Positions 27,816 to 41,978 of a stretch of DNA of 64,000 bases are shown here, one piece after another (positions within the stretch are counted from its first letter, which is position 1; each line of letters opens with the position of its first letter). The stretch is from Octopus vulgaris (Eukaryota), in assembly GCA_951406725.2 (NCBI GenBank), contig OX597821.1:27156001-27220000 (forward strand), in the 5' to 3' direction. A program made the position numbers and the translations under genes. The notes beneath the pieces are model-generated. The model had not been told where the DNA came from. It did no database searches and saw only the letters and a list, made by a program, of their open reading frames with translations.

Positions 27816-28109
27816 ATATATGTTTATGTGGGTACAGGACATAAAAAAACGTAGACAAAATAAGAATCTGCATGAAGATATAAATTGAAAGACAGTATAG
27901 ACCAAACAGAGCAATATGAGACACATAAGATAGACAGTCACTGAAGAAGTCCCAGGTGGGTAACAGAATATTTTCAAACAATAGACGTAAAATAAAAACT
28001 GCTATAAACAAATGAAAAACAGATACATGATGCGTATTTTATTTGGCAAGAAGAAATGACCATCCCGAAATATAACAATACATGATCCGATGCACGGTGT
28101 TACATCAGG

Positions 28110-28490
28110 AAGGCGTGGCTGTGTGTCAAGAAGCTTTGCTTACCAACTACATGATTCCGGGTCCAGTCCCACTGCGTGGCGCCTTCGGTAGGTGTTTTCT
28201 TTTCTACTCAAGGCACAAGACTCGAACTTCTGGGAAGGGGGCCAGTCGAAAAGATCGAACCCCCAGTACGCAGCTAGTACTTAATTTATCGACCTCGAAA
28301 GGAGGAAAGGCAAAGTCGATCTCGGCGGAATTTGAACTCAGAACGTAACAGCATTTCGCCCGGCGTGCTAACGTTTCTGCCAGCTCTCCGCCTTTCGGCA
28401 AGTTTTTTCTACTATAGCCTCGGACCGACCAAAACCTTGTGACTGAATTTGGAAGACGGAAACTGAAAGAAATCCGTCGTGTATATATAT
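28110..28490 (+). mobile_element. SINE family A 5' half, interrupted by a family B SINE
   Basis: Matches 312-475 on both sides of the insert. Confidence 0.8.
28201..28393 (-). mobile_element. SINE family B nested in SINE A
   Basis: Flanked by a degenerate ~16-bp duplication, tcggtaggtgttttct / tcggcaagttttttct. Confidence 0.8.
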
Positions 28491-28499
28491 ATATATAAT

Positions 28500-30179
28500 G
28501 TATTGTCATTAGCGAAGATGTCCTACTAGCCATAGATTAAGTGGACACAAACTCAACTGCTGGTCCAGATGATTTGCCAGCAATCCTCCTCAAAGCATGT
28601 AAGCATGCCCTGGCAAAACCCCTCAAGATTCTCTCCCCGAGCTTTCTTGCGAATGGCCAACTGCCAATCAGGCTAAAGGAGGGAATAATATGCCCAATGC
28701 ATAAAGGGGAAAGTAGAGCAGATGCCCCAAACTATAGGCCTATCTCTCTGACTTCACACATCAGCAAAGTCATGGAACGGATAGTCAGAAAGAAACTAAT
28801 CGCATTCCTTGAGGAAAATAACTTGCTGAGTGATACCCAGCATGGTTTTCGACCAGGTAGGAGCTGCTTGACCCAGCTCTTACAGCATTATGACTGGGTT
28901 TTGAGGCAGTTACTCAACAAATTAAATGTGGACGTAATCTACCTTGATTTTGCAAAAGCTTTTGACAAGGTGGATCATGGTATGATATGCCACAAACTAC
29001 GTGACCTCGGCATAGCTGGAAAACTTAGAGTGTGGTTGCATGACTTCCTGAAAGATAGGAGTCAGGCAGTAGTGGTTATGAACACACAAATTGTGAGCGG
29101 TGTTCCACAGGGCACTGTCTTGGGACCACTGCTTTTTATAGTGGCCCTCTCAGATATGCCCTCAAATGCCCGGATAGCCACTCTGGCCAGCTATGCAGAC
29201 GATACGAAAGTCTCGCAGAAAATACAGAACCTCAGCGATGTTGCAGAACCTGCAGCAGGAGTTGGACTCTATCTACAAATGGGCTGAGGATAATAATATG
29301 CAGTTTAATCCTGAAAAATTCCAGGCCCTGCGCTACCAGCACCCAAAACTGAATATTAAACTTACAGGATACACCGGTCCACAGGGAATTTCAATCCCAG
29401 AGCCTAAGTCTGTGAGGGACCTGGGTATCGACATGAGTGATGATACCTCTTTCCAAGTGCACATTACCAGGATGGCGACAAAGTGCAGACGACTGGCTGG
29501 GTGAATCCTAAGAACATTCAGAACCAGAGATAAGGAAACCATGATGGTCCTCTGGCGGACATTCGTCCTCAGTCGCCTGGATTACTGCTCACAGCTATGG
29601 TCACCCACCAGTGTAAAATTAACAGCAGACCTTGAAGCAATCCAGAGAAGATTCACAAAGCAGATAATCTCTTTGCAACAGCTCAGCTACTGGGAAAGGT
29701 TGACACAGCTAAGACTCTACTCCATGGAGAGAAGACGGGATAGGTATGCAGTAATATATGTCTGGAAGATCCTGGAAAGAAATGTGCCAAATTTTGGCAT
29801 TGTAAGCTACACCAATGTTAGAACGGGACGACACTGCATAGTGCCGAAGATCCCAGCAATGCCATCACACTTCAGGACCAGCTTCTGCAACAGCCTGGGT
29901 TTCAAGGGCCCACAGCTTTTTAATATTCTCCCAAAGAGTCTGAGGAACTTGCACAAAGTAGATGTAGCAGTTTTTAAATCAAACCTGGACATCTTCCTGT
30001 CAAGTGTCCCAGATGAACCTACCTCACGGCAAGAGGTGCAAATGAGAGTAGCTATATCAAACTCCATTCTTCTCCAAGTGCCACATATTAGATGAGGTTC
30101 GTCGTAATAACAGTGTAGCACAAAACGGCGGTGCATCAGCATGGCCGCAGCTCTGAGCTGAAACTAGAAAAAAAAAAAA
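28500..30179 (+). mobile_element. 5'-truncated CR1/L2-group LINE ORF2 (RT) with frameshift and stop, 3' UTR and poly-A
   Basis: GPDDLP, NYRPISLTS, QHGFRPGRSC, YLDFAKAFDKVDH, GVPQGTVLGPLLF, SYADDTK, VRDLGI, RLDYCSQLWSP, LEAIQRRFTK. Ends gctgaaactag(A)n. Confidence 0.93.
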
Positions 30180-30400
30180 TATATGTATATGTTTGTGCGT
30201 CTGTGTTTGTCCCCCTATCATAGCTTGATAACCGATGTTGGTGTATTTACGTCCCTATCACTTAGCGGTTCGGAAAGATACACCGATAGAACACGTACTA
30301 GGCTTACGACAAATAGGTCCTGAGGTCGATTCTTTCGACGAGAGGCGTTGCTCCAGCAGGAAGCAGTTAAATGACTGAAACAAGTAAAAGAATAAAAGAA
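30180..30400 (+). mobile_element. SINE family A 3' half (continuation of 28110-28490)
   Basis: Matches 495-716. Confidence 0.8.
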
Positions 30401-31065
30401 TGTATGTATGTATGTATACGGAATGTGGTAGGACACTAAAATCCTGTTTCCTTCTATGTTAAGCATTTAGGCCTGTGTTTCAATTTTTAGTAGAAGTTGC
30501 CGATACTACTATCGATGCGAGCTTTTTTCTGCACTGGTAATTTGTGTTCGGTTTAGAACATTAATCTTCTGCTTCTATTTTATCTTGCGATCATCTTGAG
30601 ACTGCGCATTACCACTAAATCTGATGTAAAATGATATGATACTAATCTCGGAGAAAGAAAAAACTTGTTCGATGATATCATTCATCGCAAATTATTGTAA
30701 AGAAATTATACCTGGCCCCATCAAATTAAAATGGGTCCTCATGTCAGATATTAATTCCATCATTAAGCAGACGAAATTTACAAACCTGAAAGATGATAAT
30801 TTTTCATGTGAAGAAACCCATTAAAATATATTTGATATTCGACATTAAAAAGGAAAAGGACTTTTGTCAACTTCGCCGATAAATACTACATATTTGCGAT
30901 CCCTATATATATACCTTTGTTACAAGTATTTTCCCCGCATCACAGAGTATAAAGGAACTTGCTGACTGAATTACAGGAGAAGTGGATCACACGTAAAATT
31001 ACTGTTTCTGTTTAGCGAAATATACTCACAAGTATGTTGTCTACACGCAAATATTTTAAATTCTA

Positions 31066-31540
31066 CTAGCACTATGACCCGGCGTTGCCGGGTCGCATTA
31101 AAAATTTCTCACTAAATCAAGAGCTAAGTTTTTATCACATTTCAGCCCGGGCCAGTTTATGAGCTAGTTGTAGCTTTTTGTGAGAGTTATTGATATTCAT
31201 TGGATTTCGGTTTTCACACCTGGAACGGCATAATCATGGAAAATTAGCGGGAGTGTGCACATGCCATTAGTCGGACAAAAAAGGAGGCAGAAGAAAGCGA
31301 AAGACTCGAATTTGGCCGCAATATGACTAATGGGCATAAGAGGTCGGTTTATCGATATTTTTAATGTCTTTCTGAGATGACTTGGGAAATGAAAAGATCT
31401 TCACGACCATCCTGAGACAGTTTTGGAAGCCCATAGAAAATGCGAGCCTTTTACATGAAAAACTGTGGATTTCTATAAAGGACACACAGACACACGGATA
31501 CACAGATACACAGACATTTTGCTGTTTATAGATATAGAGA
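31066..31540 (-). mobile_element. Complete non-autonomous Helitron
   Basis: Minus strand reads A|TCTCTATATCTATAAAC...CTAG|T with no TSD, and has the subterminal hairpin gacccggc-gtt-gccgggtc at 31076-31094. Confidence 0.85.
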
Positions 31541-32487
31541 TTAATCCTAGAAGACACGAAGCAGAATTGAACCTGTGATTATTGCAACATGAACTAATTT
31601 ACAAATCAGTTATGTGGAGTCAATACTGGACTACAATCCTAAACATATATGAGCACAAAAATATACATAAACACATATACATACTCTCTACATGCATATC
31701 TATATACACGCACAAAGACATGCATAACTATTCACATATAGACACAAACACACACGCACATATCATCTCGGTGAGGCAGGTTGCAGGAGAAGTAAAAAAC
31801 CCCGCTAAATGGTACAAAATGAGTCCCACGAATTAATTTTCCCCCACCTCATTGTTATGGAATTGCTATTATAACTTCTTATATACAATACTGAATATTC
31901 TACGTATATAACTCATAGAAAGGTTGTAATATTCTAAGTACTCTTATGAATACCTCCAAGTTGCGCAATTTTCTGATGATTTGTTTAATCATTAATGTGT
32001 TGCCAACCGTACATCAGATCAAACTTTTCTTGTACAAGTGCACAATTGCGCTACACGTCAGATAAGCAAATGATTGCGAAGCATTACTACACCTCTGGCT
32101 CCCATCTCCAGGGTGGAGAGACTCCTGTGGTTTACAGCAACGTTTATATGTATCCTAGTTGCATCTAGTTGCATATTATTGATATTTTGCACACTTCCGG
32201 GCTCCCAGAAACAACTATCGTACCTGAAATACTATGCTCTCTTCCATTAGTTTTCTGTATCTGTTGAACTGCATGTAAATATGTTAGGCAAATATATAAA
32301 AATCCTTGTGCTCATACATGAATGTTGATCTGCATATTTTCAGTTTTTGGTTCTCTCTGTCTTTATATATCCCTATATATGTATATTTACATGTATACAT
32401 GTATGTATATTTCATATATCAAGACCAAGCGTGTTAATTTGTTTAATTGCATCAATATTTTCCTCTTCCCTTTTCTCTCTCTCACTC

Positions 32488-32518
<31 letters not shown>

Positions 32519-32519
32519 C

Positions 32520-32873
32520 GTCCAATGGACAGTGCTGGGTTGTGAAACATTTAAGCCAAATCGTCTCAAAACAACTTGTCTGCCCGTCCCATAGGTCTCC
32601 CCTTTGAGAAACACTGATTTAACCTAAATTTGAGACACCAGCAAAAGAAGAAATAAAGATATACTTTTTTCTATTCCAAAGAAAAGCGATTTCCCACGGC
32701 TTTATCGTTGGCATTCTCATCTGGAATCGATTTTTGTAATTTTTTCAAGACGTATACACACCCTGATACCGTCGGTATCTATGTATCAAATTTGAGCGCA
32801 ATCGGATGGAGAATGCTCGAGAACCTAGAAGCCACAGACGCACACAGACAGACAGAACGGATTTTATATAAGA
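32520..32873 (-). mobile_element. Helitron-type non-autonomous element, 5' part
   Basis: Minus strand starts A|TCTTATATAAAATCCGTTCTGTCTGTCTG, the same architecture as the 31540 end. No 3' CTAG found. Confidence 0.55.
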
Positions 32874-33370
32874 TCTCTCTCTCTATATATATATACATAT
32901 ACGTACGAATGCACACATGAATAAACGTATCTATATATGCATCCGCCCGCGCATGCGTATCTGTGTTCGTGTGTGTGTCAGAGTCAGATATCTGAAACGA
33001 AATGTTCTACAGTTCAACTTCCAAATCATAATCAGCAAGCGCCAAATCAATATATAGGCACATATGTCTTTATGTGTATAATTATAATTATGCTAACCGC
33101 ACACACACATGATACACACATACGCACGCATACACATACAAGCATCTACGAACACATACGCACACCCAAGCACGTACACGCTCAAATACACACACACATA
33201 CGCAAACATATATTGAAAGCATGAACGGGACAAATATATTACTTCAAAGGCATAAACATTTGTATAACCGTTAGTGAAGAATCTGAAATATTACACGTAA
33301 ATGCTTGAGGACATACGCACACACGCGTTCGCACGCGCGAAGATTTGCACCTATGTAGCTTTCTCTCAAC

Positions 33371-33434
<64 letters not shown>

Positions 33435-33507
33435 TGGGAGAGAGATAGTTATATATATATATACATATATATACATACATGTATACATGTACATATGCAT
33501 ACATATG

Positions 33508-33553
<46 letters not shown>

Positions 33554-33561
33554 CACGCGCG

Positions 33562-33606
<45 letters not shown>

Positions 33607-34687
33607 CAGTGTATTTATATATATATATATATATATATCAGTGTATATATGTATATATATACACACATTTATATACACGTACACACACATATATCTATAT
33701 ATGCACAAACGTGCTTACATTTACCGATACATACTTAGTATGTATACACAAATATACGAATGAACGCATACATGCATATATACAAACACAAGACACACAT
33801 ACATATACACACACGCACACCACACATTCATGCACACATAGATACACTCACACATAACTGTTGGAATATATATATCACAATTACAGTTATTGTACGTCAG
33901 ATCATATATTTAGAATATCTTCTTTTATACTTATATCTCGGCTGATGTATTTCGGTTTTCTTTTGAACATATACATTTTTTCTAACCACACTCAACGTTT
34001 TATATTTTTCTCGCCTTGTCTTGTAGAAATCTCCTTTAACCTGTGCTTTTATTCATCTCTATATTTATTACACCTTTCTCTAACATACTTTTCATCATTA
34101 TTTTTTCACACTTATCTTTCCTTTCTCTTTCCTGATAGTTTTTGTAATATCTTATACTTCTTCTTCTCTATCATTATCTCGTATATCTTCAGGGCATTGC
34201 AGCTAAGTATGCGCAGGCTATATCAGTTTATCAAAACTTTATCTCCCATTTTCTTTCTTACATATCTAATGTTTAGTGTAAGTGGTACGTGATGCATGTG
34301 CTTATATCTATATAATACAACCAGTGCGGATATGCAGCCGAACGCATGCAGGGCTGTATGATTATCGACATGTCAAATACACAAGGATATGCACAATACA
34401 TCTCAGAATATAAACATACACACATACGTGTATACATACACATATATACATATATGCATGTAAATATATGTATATATATATATATACATATATGCATAAA
34501 AGAAGTGTATGTCTGTGTATATATCTATATATACTTACATATATACATACACATACGTATATATGTACATATATATGCATATATATATACATATGTATGT
34601 GTGTATATATATATATATATGTATGCATACATTAGTGTATGCCTCATGTATGTATATATATATATATATACATATATCTATAGATAT

Positions 34688-34788
<101 letters not shown>

Positions 34789-35235
34789 CATACATACATA
34801 TATGTTCATATTATTATGCATACCTAGATATTTTCAACTTTCATTGTCAGATACAAGTCTTGTAGAATTTAACATTTTATCTAATTACTTTCGGTTGGTA
34901 TATTCCATTATTTAATTACTCGCAAGTTATTCACAAGAAACTCTCCTTTATAGCATATTGGATTCTTGTGTAGTGTCTTATATTTATTTCGTAACATTCC
35001 CGAACACCTGCGTACACAGACACCCATACACACATACTTACATGCAAATACACATTATGTATGCACGGATACATACATACATTCATACATACATGCATAC
35101 ATAGATCTATATATAAGTATATACATCTCTACATATCCATGTAAAAATGTCTATATTTGCGTGCATGTTTATATATACTCACTGTATGACAGTGTATATG
35201 TCTGTCTCTATCATATATATATATATACAGATATC

Positions 35236-35310
<75 letters not shown>

Positions 35311-35429
35311 CATATATATGTATATATATATATATACATATATATATAGAGAGAGAGAGGTAGGTACGTACATATATGTTTATATATATGCATATGTTTT
35401 ATTTCATTTATTAACATATATATATATAT

Positions 35430-35495
<66 letters not shown>

Positions 35496-36540
35496 GAGAT
35501 AGAATGTCGACAGTTATCCAGTTTTTCACGCAATTTTCATTACATATAGAGACTGGTTCATCTCTCTTTCTCTTTGCTCGTCTTTAGCTATATTGGTACA
35601 TACGAGTCTCTGGAGTGATAAAGTTGCTTTGGAACTGTGTAGTTTTTGGATTCAATCACAAAAGGTGGAACCTTGGGCATTTGTCTGTTACTGTCTCCGT
35701 ATTTAGAAAACTCTTGTAATTTACTTGGAGGATACAGTGCAGAATCCCTGACACTCACACATCCACACACACAACATAATAGACATGCATGTATATGTGA
35801 GTGTGCATGTATGCGCATATATTTAATTATATGTATGTATGTGCGAGTGTGTGTGTGTGTGTTTGTGCTGCATATGGCAAATAAGAGATTAGAAGAGATT
35901 GGACTAATTAAGTAAATCAGAAAAAAAAAAAACGGTGCTTCAACTTGGCCGCAGCGCAATAATTTAAACGGTTACTAATTTAGGTACAAGTCTATCAATT
36001 GCAATCCGACGAGTTAAGACAACTAGTTAAGACAACTAGATCGACCATATTACTAAACTTGCTTTATATTTTATCGACCACTTCCTAGAGTTTCCCCTTT
36101 GTTAGATTTCATTTGAGAATATCGAGCCTGTACAAAATTCCACCAAGGTCGACTTTGCTTTTAATCCTTTCGGGATCGATAAATTAAGTACCAGTTGCGA
36201 ACTGGGGGCGGTAAAATAGACTGGTCCCCCACCCCAACCCCAACATTTCGGCTCTTGTGCCTAGAGTAGAAAAGAATATAGAGTTTGAACAAACTTAATG
36301 TAATCTTTTCAACGCCCTAACAATTATCTTTTTTAATTAAACAATATTAAAATCCAAGACATATTCTAAATGTGTGCACTTATACAAACTTATTTACATC
36401 AGGCTAATACACGGATATTTCCATATATATTTATGCAGTCATACACGCACACACACATACTTACACACATATTCATACAATACACACTTACATACTGATC
36501 TCTATCATTCTCCCCTCTATATCTCTGTATATATATATAT

Positions 36541-36735
36541 AGGGAGAGTTTACGAAAAAAAACTAAAGACGAAGTCAGGTGGTGTACAAAACAAACAGAT
36601 GTATTAGTATAACGCTCAGGAATAGAAAATGTCTTTTACGTTTCGAGTCTACGCTCTTCTATAGAAAGGGACACAGAAAAAAAAAACAAAGAGAGAAAAA
36701 ATGTGTGTTGTGGCTAACGATGTATCATGGTGACA
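36541..36735 (-). mobile_element. Family H short element
   Basis: Reverse complement of 20985-21172. Motif at 36633-36668 retains GAA-ACGU-A-AAAG. Confidence 0.8.
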
Positions 36736-37368
36736 TATATATACATGCATATATTATATATTTGTGTTCACATAGGTTTATATACAGCCATATAATAGAT
36801 GCATATATTTATAAATAGAGAAATGAAAGAAAATGGAATGTACGAGATTCTTTTATCTAAAATCACTACGATAATCTCAACACATTTTTACAGCTGTAGT
36901 GCATTGGTGAGGTTTCGTGTCACCATTTATCGCCCATCCAATGTTTAAAATAACCCTCCTCTGGTGACTGTTTAAATAAGTACTTCGTTAGATGCTACCG
37001 CCGTTTCATTCAGAGTAACAACAGCAGTCTAAAGGCAAACCTTAGCCCCTAGACATAACGACGGACAATAAATAAATAAATAAATAAATAAAGTATAAAA
37101 TACAGGAATAAAGAAATAGACAAAAAAAGTTCAGGCTGGCTTTAAATTACAATTCTAACTTCATGGTCAATTTAGAAGATTATGTTAAACAGAATGAAAA
37201 ATAAAATGAATAATAGAATTGAGCATTTAGACCTAGTATATTGATATGCATAGGAAGGAGAAAATGAGAAAAGGAAGTAGGGGTAAACGAATAGACGAAG
37301 GTTTAAAACAAGTAGAAGGAAGGGAAGAGAACCAAGGTGTGTATGAACATGTATATGTATCCATCTAT

Positions 37369-37659
37369 TATTGTTATATTTCGGAATGGTCATATTGCCA
37401 GTTTAGCCAATAAAAACACACGCACTATATATATAAATACAAAATGGCTGACGGTTAGTAAGGAGAGACACAAATAAGTGAGAAGAAAACAAAGAACCAC
37501 TGATGCGGTCACAGGAGTGTGACGAAAGAACTTTGGCCGAAATAAGATTAAGATTAATGTAAAAAATAAATATCACTGAAGCAAAATAACACCAAATATA
37601 TAGTGCGTGTGTTTTTATTGGCTAAACTGGCAAAATGACCATTCCGAAATATAACAATA
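37369..37659 (+). mobile_element. PLE-type fragment with 64-bp terminal inverted duplication and internal hammerhead-like motif
   Basis: Arms 37369-37432 and 37596-37659 with 1 mismatch. A diverged homologue at about 27830-28080 shares the 3' end aatgaccat.ccgaaatataacaata. Confidence 0.75.
37497..37536 (+). ncRNA. Hammerhead-ribozyme-like motif
   Basis: CCA-CUGAUGC-G-GUCACA(GGAG)UGUGAC-GAA-AGAACU-U-UGG. The homologous position at 27941 reads CUGAAGA. Confidence 0.65.
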
Positions 37660-37851
37660 TCTGTTTCAACACATGACTTCACATAAAAAATCTTGCACGA
37701 CAAATATGTATCCATCATTTTATGTAAATATGAATGTATTTGTGAATGTATGTATATATGTATGTACGTAAATATTTGTGTGCATGTATGTATGTATCTA
37801 TATACATATCTATGTATGTGTGTATTTCTATGTTTTTATGCATGTACGTGC

Positions 37852-38185
37852 GAAGGTGCATGGCTCAGTGGCTAATTCATAGAGTTTACGATCGTGAGGC
37901 TGTGAGTTCGATTCTTGGACCGGGCTACGTGCTGTGTTCTTGAGCAAAACACTTTATTTCACATTGTTCCTGTTAATTCAGCTGTTGGAATGGGTTGCGA
38001 CATCAATAGTGCCTAGTTGTATCGGCCTTTGTTCTTCCCTTGGATAACATCAGTGGTGTGGAGATGGGAGGCTTTTATGCATGGGCGACTACTGGCCTTC
38101 CACAAAGAATATTGCCCGGACTTGTGACTGGGAGGGTAATTTTTTAGGTGCTTTCCCATGGTCATTCATGACAGAAGTTGGTCTC
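37852..38185 (+). mobile_element. tRNA-derived SINE family D
   Basis: A box tggctcagtggcta, B box gagttcgattc, followed by a cttgagcaaaacactttatttcac core-like domain. Confidence 0.75.
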
Positions 38186-38335
38186 ATCCTCCTCTTCATC
38201 ATGCATGTACGTATGTACGTGTCTATGAGGATGTACTGATATACTTATACCATCCTGATGGTGTCTGTGTGATTGTGGTGTATAGATTTGTATATATATA
38301 TATGTGTGTGTATACATGTATAAATGTATACACGC

Positions 38336-38378
<43 letters not shown>

Positions 38379-40484
38379 AATATACATGTGTGGGTTTGTG
38401 TATGTGTCTGCGTATGTGTGTGTGTCTCTGTCTGTGTGTACTCCAGTGTATGTGTGGGTCTGCGTCCCCATGAGTATATATATGTATCTATGTATCTATG
38501 TGCACACTTCTTGTGTATATATGTTCGTCTTCTACTATTCCTAATTGTATCTCATTCTCAGTGCCGAAACACACTAAGATCGTAAATTAGGTCTCCCCAA
38601 AACATATCTCATTGCCATCCTCATTCTTTGAGTGCGGGCTATTGTCTTATCTATTTAATATATCTTTTCACCGTAAGTTGTCGTAGAATTTTGGTTACAA
38701 TTGTTCTGCCTGCACTGGCTGACACTTCGCCACCATTTCACTGGATCAACATTTTTGCTATTTGCAGCACGGCCCTCTTCCCTTCTTCTCCTCCTCCTTC
38801 TCCTTCTTCTTCTTCTTCTTCCTCCTCTTCCTTTCCTTCTCCAGCTTCTTCTCATTCTCCCTCTTCGTTCTCTTCTCCTCCTTTTACTTGTCTTACGCCT
38901 TCGTCTATTCATCTCCCTCTCCTTCCCTTTCTCCTTCCCATTATTATGCCTATCTATCCTCTTGATTGCATCCCCCCACACATAATATCTTCTCCATGGA
39001 CTCATCCCGCATACACACTTTTAAATTTCTCTTTCGGATTTGCTCCCGGTACTTTCCGAACAAGGTCTGATACATGCACAATGAATTAGCAAGTCCGAGG
39101 AATCACCTAAACAGCAATAAAGGAAAATGGAGACCAACTATTCTGGGTCACTTTTGTTGGAACCTGCCTGAAGCGTGACATACCTGAGGCGTCTTACAAA
39201 GAAGTAAATACTAAAATGTAGATTAATACATTATGTAATACTTACAAACATGCCAATTCACAATATATTTATGAATTAATTACAATGGACATATTCAATC
39301 TGACTTTGGGAGCAAAATAAATTTATGGTAACGTGGAAAGTGACATAAATTACATAGTTATTAAGTCGGTAATTTACGAGAAAATGTGACGTGATGGGAA
39401 GTTTTTGTTATAAAATTCGAATTTAGTGTGATCCACTTCATAATAAATTGTACCTGAGAACTATCTTTTTTACTTGACCCTGAAATTTGTTGTAAAGTGA
39501 TATTAGTACAATATTCATAAATTAAGAAAAAAGGGCCAGAATATAGAAAAATATGTTGGTACTGTTTATAGTTTAATCTATTGCATTTAATCAAACTTCA
39601 TCAAAGAGTTTTGAATGTATATTCTATATTTAGCTAGGAGCCTTATTCAGTAAGATATAAATTATTTAATAAAGTAGGGCCAACTTAAACATATTGATTT
39701 AGTATGTTACATCCTTTAGTAGGATTTTATCCATTCCATCGAACCCCAATACTTGATGGATTGTTTATTTTACAGGCTTCGAATGATTAAGAACAAAATC
39801 AACATCAGCAAGATTTGAAATCAAAGCGTAAAGAGCTGGAACAAATGCTGCAAAACATTTCTTTCCGATGCTCTAAGGTTACTGCCAGCTCGCCCCCTTA
39901 GATTATGTGTATATCACAAATTCGCATAGAGAAAAAAGTTATGATATTTATATCCTCACTCTCTATAATCGCTGTGTTGTGATATCAATCACTAACAATG
40001 AGTGCTGAAGAACATCAGCCCTGGTGTCCCGATGGAGTTTATTTCGTCAGCTTCACCTGTGTCCAACTTTAGAATCTACAGGAATAAATTCGAAGGAAGG
40101 GAAATTCCACTATTCCCACAGATCTATCTAAAGGTTCATCCCTTTATGTCAGATTAAGTAGTATGGTCCGAGAATATGGGCCTCTCAGTGAACTCCCACA
40201 GATCCAGAGTTACCCTGATCACGAAGGCACAAAACCTACCTTTCTCTTGTTTTCCACTCTAAAAATGCATGTATAAAATAGAACCATGTTTGCCATAATC
40301 ACTCTCCCTTTTACAAATTTGTGCGTGGTTAACACTAGCGTATTCACCGTCACCTTGCATGTAGAACTGGAAACTGTGGATAAGAGATCAATTGAAGTGG
40401 AAGTTTTCTCTTTCCAATCCTTTCAGCTACTTTCACCACAAAACCTATTTTTGCCAGAGCCACTATACAAAGGAGCATATCTTG

Positions 40485-40566
40485 CCTCAACAACAGAAGC
40501 AAAAACAACAACAGCAACAAAAACAACAACAACAACAACAACAACAGAAACAGCAGCAGCAGCAGT

Positions 40567-40600
<34 letters not shown>
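40485..40600. repeat. (AAC)n/(AGC)n microsatellite
   Basis: Direct reading. Confidence 0.9.
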
Positions 40601-41789
40601 GTGACAATAGTTGACATTAAAAAGTGAATAATTTCACAACACTTTTTACGCATTTCGTTAAAAACAATTATATGCTAAGTAAATATATTCAATTTTTCGT
40701 TGAACAACACACAATTGATTAGAGTAAGTCATTTAGGTAATAACTGCTTCTTTTCACTGATAATTAATTATTTCTCAGCTCACCTCATTATGCATGCTAA
40801 TACCTACTTCACTAATTGTTACCCATACAGCAGGTGTTTCTGGGAATTTTCATCTTTTGAGCTACAGAGCGCCTCTGTGTTTATCTAGAAACAATTCTAG
40901 TTATTTAATATCATTAGTAAAAGCTAGTCTTTACTTCACTGATGACTTATATTAAGGCTGCATCATATCCCGAACTTTACCATACTGAGAAATATAATTT
41001 CTTTTTCCACTTATAATTAATTTAAACTCTGCGTGTCATCTCTCCTAACTTTGTGACCAGAGTTAGATAATTAAGGAGTTCTCACAAAATGTGCAATTTT
41101 GTTAATTATAATATCTTTGTTTACTACATTATATATGTTAGTTTCAACTTTACTAATAAGAAGGTTTGTTTTAGTATGTACATGCTTTCAATAAGTGTCT
41201 TATTGTGCTCATCAATACATTCACACCTCAGTTTAGTGGCAAATATAGCTGTAAATGTAATGCTTCACCTTTAGCTTTCCTATATCAGTATCTTTTACGG
41301 CAAGGGCGCTGTGTTCATTTGAGACAGGGTGTGACATCAATTACTTCAGAATTACAATATCGCTGATAGGGAAGTTAATATTTATATGAATAGCATAATG
41401 GAGTACGAAATAACATAAAAGCAACGAGCAAAATATATTTTACATAATTTCTTTAACTGCCTTTTCACTTGAACTTTTCGTGAATTTTAATTTTACATCT
41501 CTGAGGTCCATAAAGTACATACCCGTAATTAATACACTAAAAGGAGATGTTTCCGATTGTATCAAACAAACTAAATTATTTTATTAATAAAGTCCCCAGT
41601 AATTAAATGGATAAGATATATGAAGATAGCCATAGCTACAGGATATAATTTGATGCCTGACATCGCTCCTCTACCAAATTCCCAGCATTGTGCGAAAAGT
41701 AGAAATTGTACAGCGGGTGAGGAGGCAGAATCGACTAACCCCTCCCCTTGGCATTTCAGACCTCATGCTATTATTATTTGGAAATTTTG

Positions 41790-41978
41790 GCGCAAAGCCA
41801 GTGATTTCGAGGAAGGGGTCTGTCGATTACATCAACCCCAGTGCTCAACTGTTACTTTATCGAACCCGAAATGATGGAAGACCAAGTCGACCTCGGCAGA
41901 ATTTGAGCTCAGTACAGACGGACAAAATGCCGCTATGCATTTTGCTCTTTGTAGTAACGATTCCGCCATCTCACCGCC
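41790..41978 (-). mobile_element. SINE family B
   Basis: caagtcgacctcggcagaatttgagctcag...ccgccatctcaccgcctt. Confidence 0.75.

Noticed and set aside
38655-39089. Arg-rich and Ser/Pro-rich ORFs
   Set aside because: Low-complexity CT-rich repeat; no domain recognised.
40286-40653. Mucin-like Thr-rich ORF
   Set aside because: Derived from an (AAC)n repeat, with no supporting gene structure.
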